Source: Deferribacteraceae bacterium UBA6799
Lineage (GTDB): Bacteria > Chrysiogenota > Deferribacteres > Deferribacterales > Geovibrionaceae
Length of the DNA: 64,000 bases
NCBI GenBank assembly: GCA_002452335.1
Contig: DKFJ01000007.1
Location: forward strand, 66,571 to 130,570
Direction: 5' to 3'
Position numbers and translations under genes: made by a program. The notes under the pieces are model-generated. The model saw nothing but the letters and a program-made list of their open reading frames with translations. It was not told where the DNA came from and ran no database searches. Shown here one piece after another: positions 1 to 10,552 of this stretch (its first letter is position 1; every line of letters starts with the position of its first letter).

Positions 1-708
1 AGGGAGCGTTACAGCAAAACAGACTGACATTCCGCCGAACTCGTTCTCTCCATAGATAACATCCTGCTCCTGAAAAACTGTTTTCGCGCGCCTCAGCATG
101 TCAGCGGATTTATCGGCATCGAACACTTTTTTGCCGTTAATTTCTAATGTAACTGATATTTCAGGATTTATAACAGAGAACTGTCTGACAAACTTAGAAA
201 TCTCTTTCTCTTCCGCAGTGTGGCTTTTAAAGAATTTCAGACGAGCAGGGACATTTGAAAAAAGCGATCTGACTGTAACAGATGTTCCCTTAACGAACGG
301 AGCGGGGAGCATATCCGGCTTGGCGCCGTGTCTGACACGCAGCTCAGCGCCGTCGTGTCCGTCTCTGCCTGTGCGCACGGAAAAATCGGACACGGAGGAT
401 ATGGCCGCCAGAGCCTCGCCCCTGAACCCGAAAGTCTTTACGTTATACACATCGTCCGCCGTGGATATCTTGCTGGTGGCAAATCTCTCCACTGTCAGCG
501 GCAGATCGGCGGGCAGAATTCCTCTGCCGTTATCCGTCACAGTTATCATACCGATACCGCCGTTCTCCACCGTAACGGTTATTTTATCCGCTCCGGCATC
601 GGCTGAGTTTTCCATCAGTTCTTTGATAACGTTAAAAGGCCGCTCGACAACTTCGCCGGCGGCCACTTTATTCGCAACATCTTCTGTGAGTCTTTTTATC
701 TCGTTCAT
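1..708 (-). CDS. mutL: DNA mismatch repair protein MutL, N-terminal part (runs off the window edge)
   Basis: Minus-strand translation from the ATG at 708 gives MNEIKRLTEDVANKVAAGEVVERPFNVIKELMENSADAGA..., the GHKL ATPase N-terminus typical of MutL. Its start overlaps the accA stop at 709-711. The plus-strand ORF 98..745 is an antisense artefact. Confidence 0.8.
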   Translation of the reverse strand, partial: MNEIKRLTEDVANKVAAGEVVERPFNVIKELMENSADAGADKITVTVENGGIGMITVTDNGRGILPADLPLTVERFATSKISTADDVYNVKTFGFRGEALAAISSVSDFSVRTGRDGHDGAELRVRHGAKPDMLPAPFVKGTSVTVRSLFSNVPARLKFFKSHTAEEKEISKFVRQFSVINPEISVTLEINGKKVFDADKSADMLRRAKTVFQEQDVIYGENEFGGMSVCFAVTLP

Positions 709-1662
709 TTATTCAGCGAAAACGCCCATATTGCGGTATTTCTGATATCTGTCCTCGAAAAGCTGTTCCGGAGTCATCTTTTTCAGATCATCCAGACTGG
801 AGAGGATGAAGTTCTTAACGTTTTCCGCTGTCTGTTTATAGTTGCGGTGGGCGCCGCCCATAGGCTCTTCTATTATCTCATCGATAACATTAAGCTCTTT
901 CAGGTCTTTAGATGTCAGTTTCAGCGCTTCTGCCGCTCTGCCTGCGTATGAAGCGTCCTTCCAGAGGATAGACGCGCATCCCTCGGGGCTGATAACGGCA
1001 TAGATGGAGTGTTCCAGCATACCCACACGGTTTCCCATAGCTATAGCGAGCGCTCCGCCTGAACCGCCCTCTCCGGCTATTACTGTCACCATAGGCACTG
1101 TCAGCTCCGCCATCTTCATAAGACTTTTGGCGATAGCCTCCGCCTGTCCTCTCTCCTCGGCTCCGATTCCGGGATATGCGCCGGGAGTATCCACGAATGT
1201 GATGACGGGGCGTTTGAATCTCTCCGCCATTTCCATCATTCTCTGGGTCTTTCTGTATCCTTCGGGGTTTACCATACCGAAGTTTCTGAGAATATTCTCT
1301 TTAGTGTTTCTACCTTTCTGATGCCCCATAACCATAACGGGTTCACCGTTCAGCTTAGCCATTCCGCAGATGATCGCCTGATCGTCTCTGAACAGTCTGT
1401 CTCCGTGGAGCTCGGTAAAATCTGTGAAAATATTATTGATGTAGTCAAGGGTATAGGGTCTGTCGGGGTGTCTGGCCACCATCACTTTCTGCTGTGGGGT
1501 AAGACGTTTATATATATTGGCTCTGACTTTCGCAAGTTTTGCTTCCAGACCGGCGCATTCTTTTGTCATCTGATCCGTACCCATTCCGGGCATATTGCGC
1601 AGCTCGTCCAGCTGTGCTTCTATCTCGGCTATGGGCGCTTCAAAATCAAGAACACTGGGCAT
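709..1662 (-). CDS. accA: acetyl-CoA carboxylase carboxyltransferase alpha subunit
   Basis: 317 aa. MPSVLDFEAPIAEIEAQLDELR... and the GGSGGALAIA / PEGCASILWKD motifs are characteristic of AccA. Confidence 0.92.
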   Translation of the reverse strand: MPSVLDFEAPIAEIEAQLDELRNMPGMGTDQMTKECAGLEAKLAKVRANIYKRLTPQQKVMVARHPDRPYTLDYINNIFTDFTELHGDRLFRDDQAIICGMAKLNGEPVMVMGHQKGRNTKENILRNFGMVNPEGYRKTQRMMEMAERFKRPVITFVDTPGAYPGIGAEERGQAEAIAKSLMKMAELTVPMVTVIAGEGGSGGALAIAMGNRVGMLEHSIYAVISPEGCASILWKDASYAGRAAEALKLTSKDLKELNVIDEIIEEPMGGAHRNYKQTAENVKNFILSSLDDLKKMTPEQLFEDRYQKYRNMGVFAE

Positions 1663-1729
1663 ATTTCACCTCAAAATTTCCTGTCATTGGTTGTGTATAA
1701 TAACTTTTCATTGACTCTATAGCAAGTGA

Positions 1730-1762
1730 TAAAAATGCCCCTGAGCATTTTACGCAGGGGCA
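1730..1762 (-). terminator. rho-independent terminator downstream of the dsbA-like gene
   Basis: Stem gcccctg(1737-1743) and caggggc(1755-1761), with an A-run on the plus strand that reads as a T-run on the minus-strand transcript. Confidence 0.55.
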
Positions 1763-1775
1763 TCAGATGTTTAGA

Positions 1776-2615
1776 TTATTTCATTCCATGAATGGCCATG
1801 ATGTACATCTCAGGATTGTAGCCGCTGACGGCTTTTCCGTTGAAGAATATCTGAGGTGTGCCGGTGATGCCCAGAGATCCTGCCAGCTTAGCCTGAGCGT
1901 CTATTTTATCCTGAATCGACTTGGATGATACCAGAGATTTGAATTTAGAGGCATTGCCTGATTTTACGGCGAACATGCCTATGATCTCAGCGTCAGTCTT
2001 CTTGTCTGTTTCGGCTGTGGTGGAATAGAGCTCAGCGCCGAAATTTTTACCCATGGCGAGTCCGGCCTCGAACACTTTGGCATAGAGCATGGCTTTCGGG
2101 TGAAAGCTCAGAGGCAGATGCATCATGTATACGGCGGCGTCAACTTTTTCGTGTTTCAGAATCTCGTGAACAGCGTTGTACGCTTTGCGGCAGTAAGGAC
2201 ACTGAAAATCGCTGACCTTAACTATAACATTTTTGGAGTTCTTATTGCCCTCCATGAATGTCAGCCTGGACAGGTCCAGCTTGGTGACAGGTGTTACTTC
2301 GTATATCAGCTTGTCCTTTATATTCTGCTGAGTGTCTGCGCGCACTATCTCCGGATAGATATATTTTCCATCGGTAAAGAGATACTGCTCCTGAGAACGT
2401 CCGGCCTGTGAGTCTGTGAGGGTCATTTTCGCGAAATACAGTCCTGCCGGGTCGTCCAGTTTTTTAATGATATTTATTTTGATGGACAGATTGGTCATGT
2501 TCTTTTCTTTGAAAAACTTCGTCATGGCGGATTCCAGATCCGATCTGACATCAGCGAAAGCGCTGAAGGAAAACATCATCATTAAGGCTAAAACAGCAGT
2601 GATAATTCTTTTCAT
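1776..2615 (-). CDS. periplasmic thiol:disulfide oxidoreductase, DsbA/DsbC-like thioredoxin fold
   Basis: Signal peptide MKRIITAVLALMMMFSFSAFA and a CPYC active site. The ATG at 2615 is preceded by aaggagt, so I prefer it over the ORF-track start at 2696. Confidence 0.75.
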   Translation of the reverse strand: MKRIITAVLALMMMFSFSAFADVRSDLESAMTKFFKEKNMTNLSIKINIIKKLDDPAGLYFAKMTLTDSQAGRSQEQYLFTDGKYIYPEIVRADTQQNIKDKLIYEVTPVTKLDLSRLTFMEGNKNSKNVIVKVSDFQCPYCRKAYNAVHEILKHEKVDAAVYMMHLPLSFHPKAMLYAKVFEAGLAMGKNFGAELYSTTAETDKKTDAEIIGMFAVKSGNASKFKSLVSSKSIQDKIDAQAKLAGSLGITGTPQIFFNGKAVSGYNPEMYIMAIHGMK

Positions 2616-2783
2616 AATCAACTCCTTAAAAACATAAGCGGGAATATACACCCGCAGTATTAGACAGAGCAATATATTTTTTAGTTCATATAACACTTCT
2701 GTTATTTTTAGGGGTGACTTTTCATGTATTTGGTGTTAAAAATTGCGTTCAATTCTATCTTTCATATCTCAAGGAGTTTTTTG

Positions 2784-5588
2784 ATGGATTATAAGGATAC
2801 CCTGAATCTTCCGCAGACCGACTTTCCCATGAAAGCCAGTCTGTCGGTGAAAGAGCCCGAAAGGCTGAAAAAGTGGGCTGACGAAAAAGCCTACGAGAAA
2901 ATGCTCTCCGTCCGCGACAGAAACAACCCCTACATACTCCATGACGGTCCTCCCTACGCCAACGGCGACATCCACATCGGACACGCTCTTAACAAGATTC
3001 TGAAAGATATAATTATTAAGACAAAAGCTCTGGAAGGCTTCTATACGCCCTATGTCCCCGGATGGGACTGCCACGGTCTGCCCATAGAGCTTCAGGTGGA
3101 TAAAAAACTCGGCAGCAAAAAAGCTGAAATGTCAAAATCCGAGATAAGAAAAGAATGCCGCAAGTACGCCGACAAATTCATAGACAACCAGAGACAGGGA
3201 TTCATCCGTCTGGGCGGTTTCGGCGACTGGTATAATCCTTATATTACTATGGACTACAAATACGAGGCGAAAACCCTTCAGGAACTCTACCGTTTCTTCG
3301 ACAACGGCGGCGTTTTCAAAGGACTCAAGCCCGTTTACTGGTGTACATCCTGCGTCACTGCCCTGGCTGAGGCGGAGGTGGAATACGACAACCACACATC
3401 TACATCCGTGTTTGTCAAATTCCCCATGAAAGACGCTTTCAAGGCAAAATTCGGTCTGAAAGAATCAGACAGAGTATCAGCGGTAATATGGACCACAACA
3501 CCCTGGACACTGCCCGCCAACCTCGGGATATGCGCCAACGCTGAGCTGGAATACTCCATAGTGAAAGTAACAGACACCTGCAACAAAAACCTTGCCGCAG
3601 GCGAATATCTGATACTGGCCACAGAACTGATAAAAAATCTGGCGGAGACATTTCACATGCACGCCTATGACAGCGTGAAGACCTTCTTCGGCACAGAGCT
3701 GGAGATGGTGGAGTTCAAACACGCCTTTTATGACAGGGTGTCTCTTGGAATCCTCGGCGACCACGTCACTCTGGAAGCAGGTACTGGTCTGGTTCACACC
3801 GCTCCCGGTCACGGTCAGGAAGACTATGAGGTGGGGCTTAAATACGGGCTGGAGATACTCAACCCGGTGGACGACCACGGACGCTATAAAAGAAATGTGG
3901 AGCTCTTCGCAGAAGAGAGCATATACAAAGCCGGACCTAAGATTGTGGAGCTGATGGACGAGCAGGGCTCGCTTCTGAGCCACTCAGACATAAGCCACAG
4001 CTACCCCCACTGCTGGAGATGCAGCAAACCCGTTATCTTCCGCGCCACACCCCAGTGGTTCATCGGCATGGAGAACAACGACCTGCGCAAAAATGTCCTT
4101 TCCGAACTGAAAAAAGTCCGCTGGACACCCGCATGGGGCGAAAACCGCATCACAGCCATGATAGAGAACCGCCCTGACTGGTGTATATCACGCCAGAGAT
4201 CCTGGGGTGTTCCCATCGCCGTTTTCCTCTGCGAGGACTGCGACGAGGTGGTGACAAACCACGACATACAGGAACGGGTGCTCGCCGCCTTCCGTGAGCA
4301 CGGAGCGGACGCCTGGTTCGACATGGACAACAGCGCCTTCATCCCCGAAGGAACAAAATGCCCCAAATGCGGCGGCACACACTTTAAAAAAGAGACTGAC
4401 ATTCTGGACGTATGGTTCGACTCAGGCACATCCCACGCGGCTGTGCTGGAGGAGCGCCCGGAGCTTTCATGGCCAGCCAACATGTATCTGGAAGGATCAG
4501 ACCAGCACAGAGGCTGGTTCCACAGCTCGATCCTGGAAAGTGTCGGCACAAGAGGCGTAGCCCCCTATAAAGAAGTTCTGACACACGGGTTCGTGGTGGA
4601 CGGCAAAGGACGCAAAATGTCCAAATCGCTCGGAAACGGTGTCGATCCCAAAGAGATAATCAACAAATACGGCGCGGAAATACTGCGTCTGTGGGTTGCG
4701 GCAGAGGACTTCACAGAGGATGTCAGGATATCGGACGATATCATCAGCCGTCTGGTGGAATCCTACCGCAAGATAAGAAACACTGCCAGATACCTTCTGG
4801 GCAACCTTTATGATTTCAACCCTGATACCGACATGGTCGATTTCAAAGATATGCTCGATCTGGACAGATTCGCTCTCGTCAGATGGCAGACTGTTAAAAA
4901 GAGAATATATGAGGCATATGATAAATATCAGCTTCACGTCTTCTATCACTCATTCCTGAATTTCTGCATCGGCGATCTGTCATCCTTCTATCTGGATATA
5001 TTAAAAGACAGGCTCTATGCCTATAAACCGGACTCCAGAGAGAGACGCTCAGCCCAGACTGCCCTCTATACGATAGTTAAAGAGATGAGCATAGTGATGG
5101 CTCCCGTTCTGTGCTTCACAGCGGATGAGATCTATGAATACATCCCCTCTTCCAAAGAGAAGAAAGAGAATGTTTTCATGGAGATGTTCGCCTCCGTGAC
5201 AGAATACAAAGACGAAGCCAACACTGCCAAATGGCAGAAGATACTGGAAGTGCGCAAAGAAGCCACCAAGGCTCTGGAGCTTGCCCGCGCGGCAAAGATC
5301 ATCGGTCATCCTCTGGACGCCGATATTATAATCGGTTCTGACGAAGAGACCGCAAAGGCTCTGAAAGCAGACGAGGGTATCGAGCGCATCTTCATCGTGT
5401 CAGAGGTAAAATTCGCCGACATGAACAGCATGACAGACTGCCACACATCCGAAGACGGCAAGATAAAAGTCAAGGTAACTCCCTCCGCAAACACTAAATG
5501 CGAAAGATGCTGGACAAAATCAGCGTCTGTGGGACACAGCGCCGAGCATCCCACGCTCTGCACACGCTGCGCCGGAGCAATAGCTTAA
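2784..5588 (+). CDS. ileS: isoleucyl-tRNA synthetase, type 1 with C-terminal zinc finger
   Basis: HIGH motif (PPYANGDIHIGHALN), KMSKS, editing domain and C-terminal CERCW...CTRCAGAI. The start MDYKDTLNLPQT sits behind the aaggag RBS at 2770. Confidence 0.95.
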   Translation: MDYKDTLNLPQTDFPMKASLSVKEPERLKKWADEKAYEKMLSVRDRNNPYILHDGPPYANGDIHIGHALNKILKDIIIKTKALEGFYTPYVPGWDCHGLPIELQVDKKLGSKKAEMSKSEIRKECRKYADKFIDNQRQGFIRLGGFGDWYNPYITMDYKYEAKTLQELYRFFDNGGVFKGLKPVYWCTSCVTALAEAEVEYDNHTSTSVFVKFPMKDAFKAKFGLKESDRVSAVIWTTTPWTLPANLGICANAELEYSIVKVTDTCNKNLAAGEYLILATELIKNLAETFHMHAYDSVKTFFGTELEMVEFKHAFYDRVSLGILGDHVTLEAGTGLVHTAPGHGQEDYEVGLKYGLEILNPVDDHGRYKRNVELFAEESIYKAGPKIVELMDEQGSLLSHSDISHSYPHCWRCSKPVIFRATPQWFIGMENNDLRKNVLSELKKVRWTPAWGENRITAMIENRPDWCISRQRSWGVPIAVFLCEDCDEVVTNHDIQERVLAAFREHGADAWFDMDNSAFIPEGTKCPKCGGTHFKKETDILDVWFDSGTSHAAVLEERPELSWPANMYLEGSDQHRGWFHSSILESVGTRGVAPYKEVLTHGFVVDGKGRKMSKSLGNGVDPKEIINKYGAEILRLWVAAEDFTEDVRISDDIISRLVESYRKIRNTARYLLGNLYDFNPDTDMVDFKDMLDLDRFALVRWQTVKKRIYEAYDKYQLHVFYHSFLNFCIGDLSSFYLDILKDRLYAYKPDSRERRSAQTALYTIVKEMSIVMAPVLCFTADEIYEYIPSSKEKKENVFMEMFASVTEYKDEANTAKWQKILEVRKEATKALELARAAKIIGHPLDADIIIGSDEETAKALKADEGIERIFIVSEVKFADMNSMTDCHTSEDGKIKVKVTPSANTKCERCWTKSASVGHSAEHPTLCTRCAGAIA

Positions 5589-6073
5589 TGAAAAAGATAC
5601 TGATAATAGTATCTCTCGCCATAGTGGCGCTGGATCAGTGGACGAAGATGTATATCAAGTCGAACTTCGCCCTGCACGAGTCGAGACCCGTCATAGACGG
5701 TTTTTTCGACATAACCTATGTACTGAACCCCGGAGCGGCCTTCGGTTTTCTGGCTAAGCTGGACGATACATACCGCCGTGGTTTTTTCGTGGTAGTCACC
5801 ATTATTGCCATAGCAGCGGTGGCTTACCTCCTCTACAAAGAAAAAGGGATGAAACTGCGCCTGATTTCGTATACTCTTGTATTAGCCGGAGCAGCGGGGA
5901 ACTTCATCGACCGTATCTATATGGGCAAAGTTGTTGACTTCCTGCTTTTTTACTACAAAACATACCAGTGGCCCGCCTTCAACGTGGCAGACACTGCCAT
6001 ATCTATAGGTATCGGGCTTCTGATGCTGGATTATTTTTTCATAAAGAGGAGCAAAGATGAAAGTAATGCCTAA
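5588..6073 (+). CDS. lspA: lipoprotein signal peptidase (signal peptidase II)
   Basis: MKKILIIVSLAIVALDQWTK... with the NPGAAFG and FNVAD motifs. The start overlaps the ileS stop by 1 nt. Confidence 0.9.
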   Translation: MKKILIIVSLAIVALDQWTKMYIKSNFALHESRPVIDGFFDITYVLNPGAAFGFLAKLDDTYRRGFFVVVTIIAIAAVAYLLYKEKGMKLRLISYTLVLAGAAGNFIDRIYMGKVVDFLLFYYKTYQWPAFNVADTAISIGIGLLMLDYFFIKRSKDESNA

Positions 6074-7601
6074 ATCCGCTCTGATCAGCGTGTCTGACAA
6101 AAGCGGTATCGTAGACTTTGCGAAAGGTCTTAGGAAACACGGTGTAAAGATCATCTCCACCGGAGGGACAGCAAAACTGCTCGCTGACAGCGGTGTGGAG
6201 ATCATGGAGATCTCTGAATTCACAGGATTTCCCGAAATGCTCGACGGCAGAGTGAAAACCCTGCACCCCAAAGTTCACGGAGGCATACTCAATATCCGTG
6301 ACAACGCCAAGCATCAGGCAACTATGAAAGAACACAGCCTCGAGGACATCGACATGGTTGTCGTGAACCTCTACCCCTTCGAAGCAACAGTAGCCAAAGG
6401 CGCTGAACACGATGAAGTGGTGGAAAACATCGACATCGGCGGTCCTTCCATGATACGTTCAGCGGCTAAAAACCATAAATTCGTAACCGTTATCGTTGAC
6501 AACAACGACTTCGACAGAGTTCTTTCAGAGATGGCTAACGGCGGTACAGAGCTTGACACCCGTATAGACCTCGCCAGAAAGGCTTACTCTCACACAGGCG
6601 TATACGATTCTATCATCGCTTCTTATTTTAATAAGAAACTCGGCGTAAAATTCCCCGAGGAGATAGCCATTCCCGCACGCAAGAAACAGCCCATGAGATA
6701 CGGCGAAAACCCCCATCAGGATTCTGCCTTCTATGTGAAGCCTCTTGTGAACGAGGTCAGCGTTGCCACAGGCAAACAGCTTCAGGGTAAAGAGCTTTCT
6801 TTCAACAACATAGTAGACATACACGCCACTCTGGAACTGGTAAAAGAGTTCAAAGAACCGGCTGTAGCTATCATAAAACACACCAACCCCTGCGGATGCG
6901 CCACAGGATCGACAGTGAACGAGGCATATGAAAAAGCCCTCGCATGCGACCCTGTCTCAGCTTTCGGCGGTATTGTCGGTGTAAACCGTGAGGTGGACGC
7001 TGCCCTCGCAGAAGAGCTCGGAAAGCTCTTCCTCGAAGTGGTTCTCGCTCCCTCTTTCACTAAAGAAGCAAAAGATCTGTTCGCCGCTAAGAAAAACCTG
7101 CGTCTCATCGAACTGGGCGACATATACGGCGACCGTGATTCTGAGCTGGACATCAAAAACGTTACAGGCGGTATCCTGCTTCAGGACAGAGACCTGCACG
7201 AGATAGATGACATCAAGGCTCTTCCCGTTCCCACTAAAAGAAAACCCACAGAATTCGAATACAAAGCTATGGCTTTCGCATGGAAAGTGGCTAAACACGT
7301 TAAATCCAACGCCATCGTATACTGCACAGACGACCGCACAGTAGGCGTGGGCGCCGGACAGATGAGCCGTGTGGATTCATCCAAAATAGCCGCCAGCAAA
7401 GCAAGAGCTGAACTGAAGGGAACTGTAATGTCATCAGACGCTTTCTTCCCCTTCAGAGACAGTGTGGACGAAGCGGCTGAGAGAGGCATCACCGCCATCA
7501 TCTCTCCCGGAGGCTCCATCCGTGACGAAGAGGTCATCGCGGCTGCGGACGAACACGGCATAGCCATGGTGTTCACCGGCGTCAGACACTTCAAACATTA
7601 A
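6057..7601 (+). CDS. purH: bifunctional AICAR transformylase / IMP cyclohydrolase
   Basis: 514 aa. [25 protein letters not shown]... covers the MGS-like and AICARFT domains. Confidence 0.95.
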   Translation: MKVMPKSALISVSDKSGIVDFAKGLRKHGVKIISTGGTAKLLADSGVEIMEISEFTGFPEMLDGRVKTLHPKVHGGILNIRDNAKHQATMKEHSLEDIDMVVVNLYPFEATVAKGAEHDEVVENIDIGGPSMIRSAAKNHKFVTVIVDNNDFDRVLSEMANGGTELDTRIDLARKAYSHTGVYDSIIASYFNKKLGVKFPEEIAIPARKKQPMRYGENPHQDSAFYVKPLVNEVSVATGKQLQGKELSFNNIVDIHATLELVKEFKEPAVAIIKHTNPCGCATGSTVNEAYEKALACDPVSAFGGIVGVNREVDAALAEELGKLFLEVVLAPSFTKEAKDLFAAKKNLRLIELGDIYGDRDSELDIKNVTGGILLQDRDLHEIDDIKALPVPTKRKPTEFEYKAMAFAWKVAKHVKSNAIVYCTDDRTVGVGAGQMSRVDSSKIAASKARAELKGTVMSSDAFFPFRDSVDEAAERGITAIISPGGSIRDEEVIAAADEHGIAMVFTGVRHFKH

Positions 7602-7624
7602 TAAATATTAGCGTTATAAAATAA

Positions 7625-7659
7625 AAATCCTCGCCTGTAATGGGGCGGGGATTTTTTGT
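7625..7659 (+). terminator. rho-independent terminator between purH and purD
   Basis: aatcctcgcc-tgtaatg-gggcggggatt followed by tttttt. Confidence 0.5.
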
Positions 7660-7670
7660 AAGGAGATAGA

Positions 7671-8960
7671 ATGAAAATTCTTGTGATAGGCTCAGGCGGC
7701 AGGGAACACGCCCTCTGCTGGAAAATAGCCCAAAGCCCTCTGGCAGCGAAAATATTTGCCGCTCCGGGCAATGGCGGAACCCATCTAGAGAACAAAACGG
7801 TCAACGTACCCATAGAAGCCACAGACCTTAAAAAACTGCTGGACTTCGCTCTGACCGAAAAAATAGATCTGACTGTCGTGGGTCCGGAAGACCCACTGGC
7901 GGCTGGAATTGTCGATCTGTTCGAGGAGAACGGACTTAGAGTGTTCGGTCCCTGCAAAGCGGCGGCTCAGCTGGAGGCCAGCAAGGCCTTCGCCAAAGAT
8001 ATAATGATAAAGGCGGGAATCCCCACAGCGGCATACGGCGAATTCACCGATTACGAATCAGCCAAAGCCTATGTTGAGAAACAGGGCGCGCCCATAGTGG
8101 TCAAGGCGGACGGTCTGGCCGCCGGAAAAGGCGTTACCGTGGCTCAGACTCTGGACGAGGCGGTCAGCGCCCTGAAAGAGATCTTTCTGGACAACGTGTT
8201 CGGCAGCGCCGGAGCGAAGGTTGTCATAGAGGAATTCCTCGCTGGCGAAGAGGCTTCATATCTGGCGTTCACCGATGGAAAGACTGTTCTACCCATGGTG
8301 ACCAGCCAGGATCACAAGGCTGTTTATGACGGCGATAAAGGTCCCAACACAGGCGGAATGGGAGCCTACTCCCCCGCGCCGGTTGTTACGCCTGAACTGT
8401 TTGACCGTGTGACAAAAGAGATAGCCTATCCCCTGATAAAAACCATGGCAAAGGACGGCATCACCTTCAAAGGCATCATCTACGCCGGACTGATGATAAA
8501 CAACGGCGAGCCGAAGGTTCTGGAGTTCAACGCCCGGTTCGGCGATCCGGAGACACAGCCCGTTCTTTCACGTCTGGCATCCGACATCGTGCCGGTATTT
8601 CTGGCATGCACCGACCAGACTCTGGACAAGGTGGAGATAGAATGGAGCGACAACCCCACAGTATGCGTTGTCATGGCTTCCGGCGGTTACCCGAAATCAT
8701 ATCAGAAAGGATATGAGATAACAGGGATAGCCGAAGCGGACAGGATAGAAGGCGTAAAGGTCTTTCACGCAGGAACTGCTGACAGTGACGGCAAAACCGT
8801 CAACACAGGCGGACGGGTTCTGGGCGTGACAGCCATAGGCGAAACGCTGGAAGAGACCATAAAAACTGCCTATAAAGCAGTGGAAAAGATACACTGGCAG
8901 GATGTACACTTCAGAAAAGATATAGGCGCGAAAGCTCTCAGGAGGATGAAAGGTGAGTAA
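7671..8960 (+). CDS. purD: phosphoribosylamine-glycine ligase
   Basis: MKILVIGSGGREHALCWKIAQSP... with an ATP-grasp core. Confidence 0.95.
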   Translation: MKILVIGSGGREHALCWKIAQSPLAAKIFAAPGNGGTHLENKTVNVPIEATDLKKLLDFALTEKIDLTVVGPEDPLAAGIVDLFEENGLRVFGPCKAAAQLEASKAFAKDIMIKAGIPTAAYGEFTDYESAKAYVEKQGAPIVVKADGLAAGKGVTVAQTLDEAVSALKEIFLDNVFGSAGAKVVIEEFLAGEEASYLAFTDGKTVLPMVTSQDHKAVYDGDKGPNTGGMGAYSPAPVVTPELFDRVTKEIAYPLIKTMAKDGITFKGIIYAGLMINNGEPKVLEFNARFGDPETQPVLSRLASDIVPVFLACTDQTLDKVEIEWSDNPTVCVVMASGGYPKSYQKGYEITGIAEADRIEGVKVFHAGTADSDGKTVNTGGRVLGVTAIGETLEETIKTAYKAVEKIHWQDVHFRKDIGAKALRRMKGE

Positions 8961-9447
8961 GGTCGGAATAATAATGGGCAGCAAGTCCGATTATGATATC
9001 GCTAAAGAAGCGGTGGATGTTCTGAAGAGTTTCGGCATAGAATACGAAGTGATCGTTTCCAGCGCCCACAGAACTCCCGAGCGCACTCTGGAATGGTCGA
9101 AAACTGCCGAAAGCAGAGGTCTGGACGCTATAATAGCTCTGGCGGGAGCCGCGGCTCATCTGGCTGGGGTTATCGCCAGCGAAACAAACCTACCTGTGAT
9201 AGCTGTCCCTGTGGCGGCTACAGCTCTGAACGGTCTGGACGCCCTGCTCTCCATGGTGCAGATGCCCGGAGGCATACCTGTGGCGACTATGGCCATCGGA
9301 AAAGCTGGATCCAAAAACGCCGGAATCTTCGCAGCGCAGATATTAGGACGCAGAGAACCTGAAATAGCCCGGAAACTGGCGCAGTATAAAGAAGACATGA
9401 AACAGAAGGTCTATCAGGACAATGAAGCTCTTCAGGAAATGCTTTGA
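8953..9447 (+). CDS. purE: N5-carboxyaminoimidazole ribonucleotide mutase
   Basis: MSKVGIIMGSKSDYD...SSAHRTPER...GAAAHLAG matches the PurE signature. Confidence 0.93.
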   Translation: MSKVGIIMGSKSDYDIAKEAVDVLKSFGIEYEVIVSSAHRTPERTLEWSKTAESRGLDAIIALAGAAAHLAGVIASETNLPVIAVPVAATALNGLDALLSMVQMPGGIPVATMAIGKAGSKNAGIFAAQILGRREPEIARKLAQYKEDMKQKVYQDNEALQEML

Positions 9448-10037
9448 TGCTTATAGGCTCTCAGGAAGTTATATATGATATCTTCAGGCGGGCTCGTTGT
9501 TTAAGCGAGCCCGTTGTTTTTCCCACCGACACTATATACGGTATCGGAGCGCCTCTGGCTGACAGCGAAGCCAACCGTAAGATATATGACATCAAAGGCA
9601 GAGAGAAGAACAAGCCCTTCCCCGTTCTGATATCTTCCATGAAACAGGCGAAAAGTCTGGCGGACACCGCCATGCACGCTGATCTGATAAAAAAACTCTG
9701 GCCTGGCGCATATACTCTGATTCTGAAAGCGAAAGATAATGTGGAGAATCTTTATACCCTGAACGGCAATATCGCCCTCCGCATGCCTGCCGATAAACGT
9801 CTGACAGACCTGATAGAAAAGACTGGACCACTAAGCGCCACCAGCGCCAACCTCTCCGGTCAGGAATACACTTCTGATTTCATACGGATTTTGACCTGTT
9901 TTCAATCCAGTGTGAAATTTTATGTCCATTCACGCACTAATGCTCTTAATTCTTCAGTAATAATAGATCTTACATCAGACGAGCCTGTTATTCTCAGGGG
10001 TGAAATAAACCTGCATGAAATACTGACAGATAAATGA
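9444..10037 (+). CDS. tsaC: L-threonylcarbamoyladenylate synthase (YrdC/TsaC family)
   Basis: FPTDTIYGIG...KGREKNKPFPVLISS...ATSANLSG are YrdC-domain motifs. Confidence 0.8.
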   Translation: MMLIGSQEVIYDIFRRARCLSEPVVFPTDTIYGIGAPLADSEANRKIYDIKGREKNKPFPVLISSMKQAKSLADTAMHADLIKKLWPGAYTLILKAKDNVENLYTLNGNIALRMPADKRLTDLIEKTGPLSATSANLSGQEYTSDFIRILTCFQSSVKFYVHSRTNALNSSVIIDLTSDEPVILRGEINLHEILTDK

Positions 10038-10122
10038 AAATTATGTAAAGACCTATTTCTATTATTGACACTTTAATTTGACAGGATTAAAATTGCTAAA
10101 CTTTTTTACAAAAGGAGATACC

Positions 10123-10491
10123 ATGAAGAAAGTTATACTTGCTGTAATGGTTGTTTTCGCATTCGCGCTTGTCGCTATTGCGGCTAATAACGGCCCTGCT
10201 ACAATCGATCTCGCAAAAGTATGGGGACTTCAGACAACTAAGAAACCTGTTCAGTTTCCCCACGCTGTTCACCAGTCCAAAAACCAGTGTACAGACTGCC
10301 ACGTTAAAGCTGATGGCGGCGCTCTGAAAAGTGTAAAAACCGGCGCTCCTCTCGATCCTAAAGCACTCGTTGCTGCCGGCACTCTGAAGAAAGGCGGCAT
10401 GAAAAACGCTATTCACGATGAATTCTGCTGGGAATGCCACGTTCAGAAAAAAGTTCCTCAGGGCAAATCCTGCACAAAATGCCACAAGTAA
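10123..10491 (+). CDS. secreted triheme c-type cytochrome (cytochrome c3/c7-like)
   Basis: Signal peptide MKKVILAVMVVFAFALVAIA and three CxxCH motifs (CTDCH, CWECH, CTKCH). RBS aaaggaga lies upstream of the ATG at 10123. Confidence 0.8.
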   Translation: MKKVILAVMVVFAFALVAIAANNGPATIDLAKVWGLQTTKKPVQFPHAVHQSKNQCTDCHVKADGGALKSVKTGAPLDPKALVAAGTLKKGGMKNAIHDEFCWECHVQKKVPQGKSCTKCHK

Positions 10492-10520
10492 TCTGACTTA
10501 CAGTTAAGATTCAAAAAAAA

Positions 10521-10552
10521 TAACCCCGCTTTATCAGGCGGGGTTTTTTATT
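10521..10552. terminator. bidirectional rho-independent terminator
   Basis: aaaaaaaa-taaccccgc-tttatcag-gcggggtt-tttta is flanked by A-runs and T-runs on both sides. It sits between the convergent cytochrome and membrane-protein genes. Confidence 0.7.

Noticed and set aside
98-745. 215-aa plus-strand ORF at the window start
   Set aside because: It lies antisense to a clear MutL N-terminus on the minus strand (MNEIKRLTEDVANKVAAGEVVERP...). It has no recognisable domains and no RBS.
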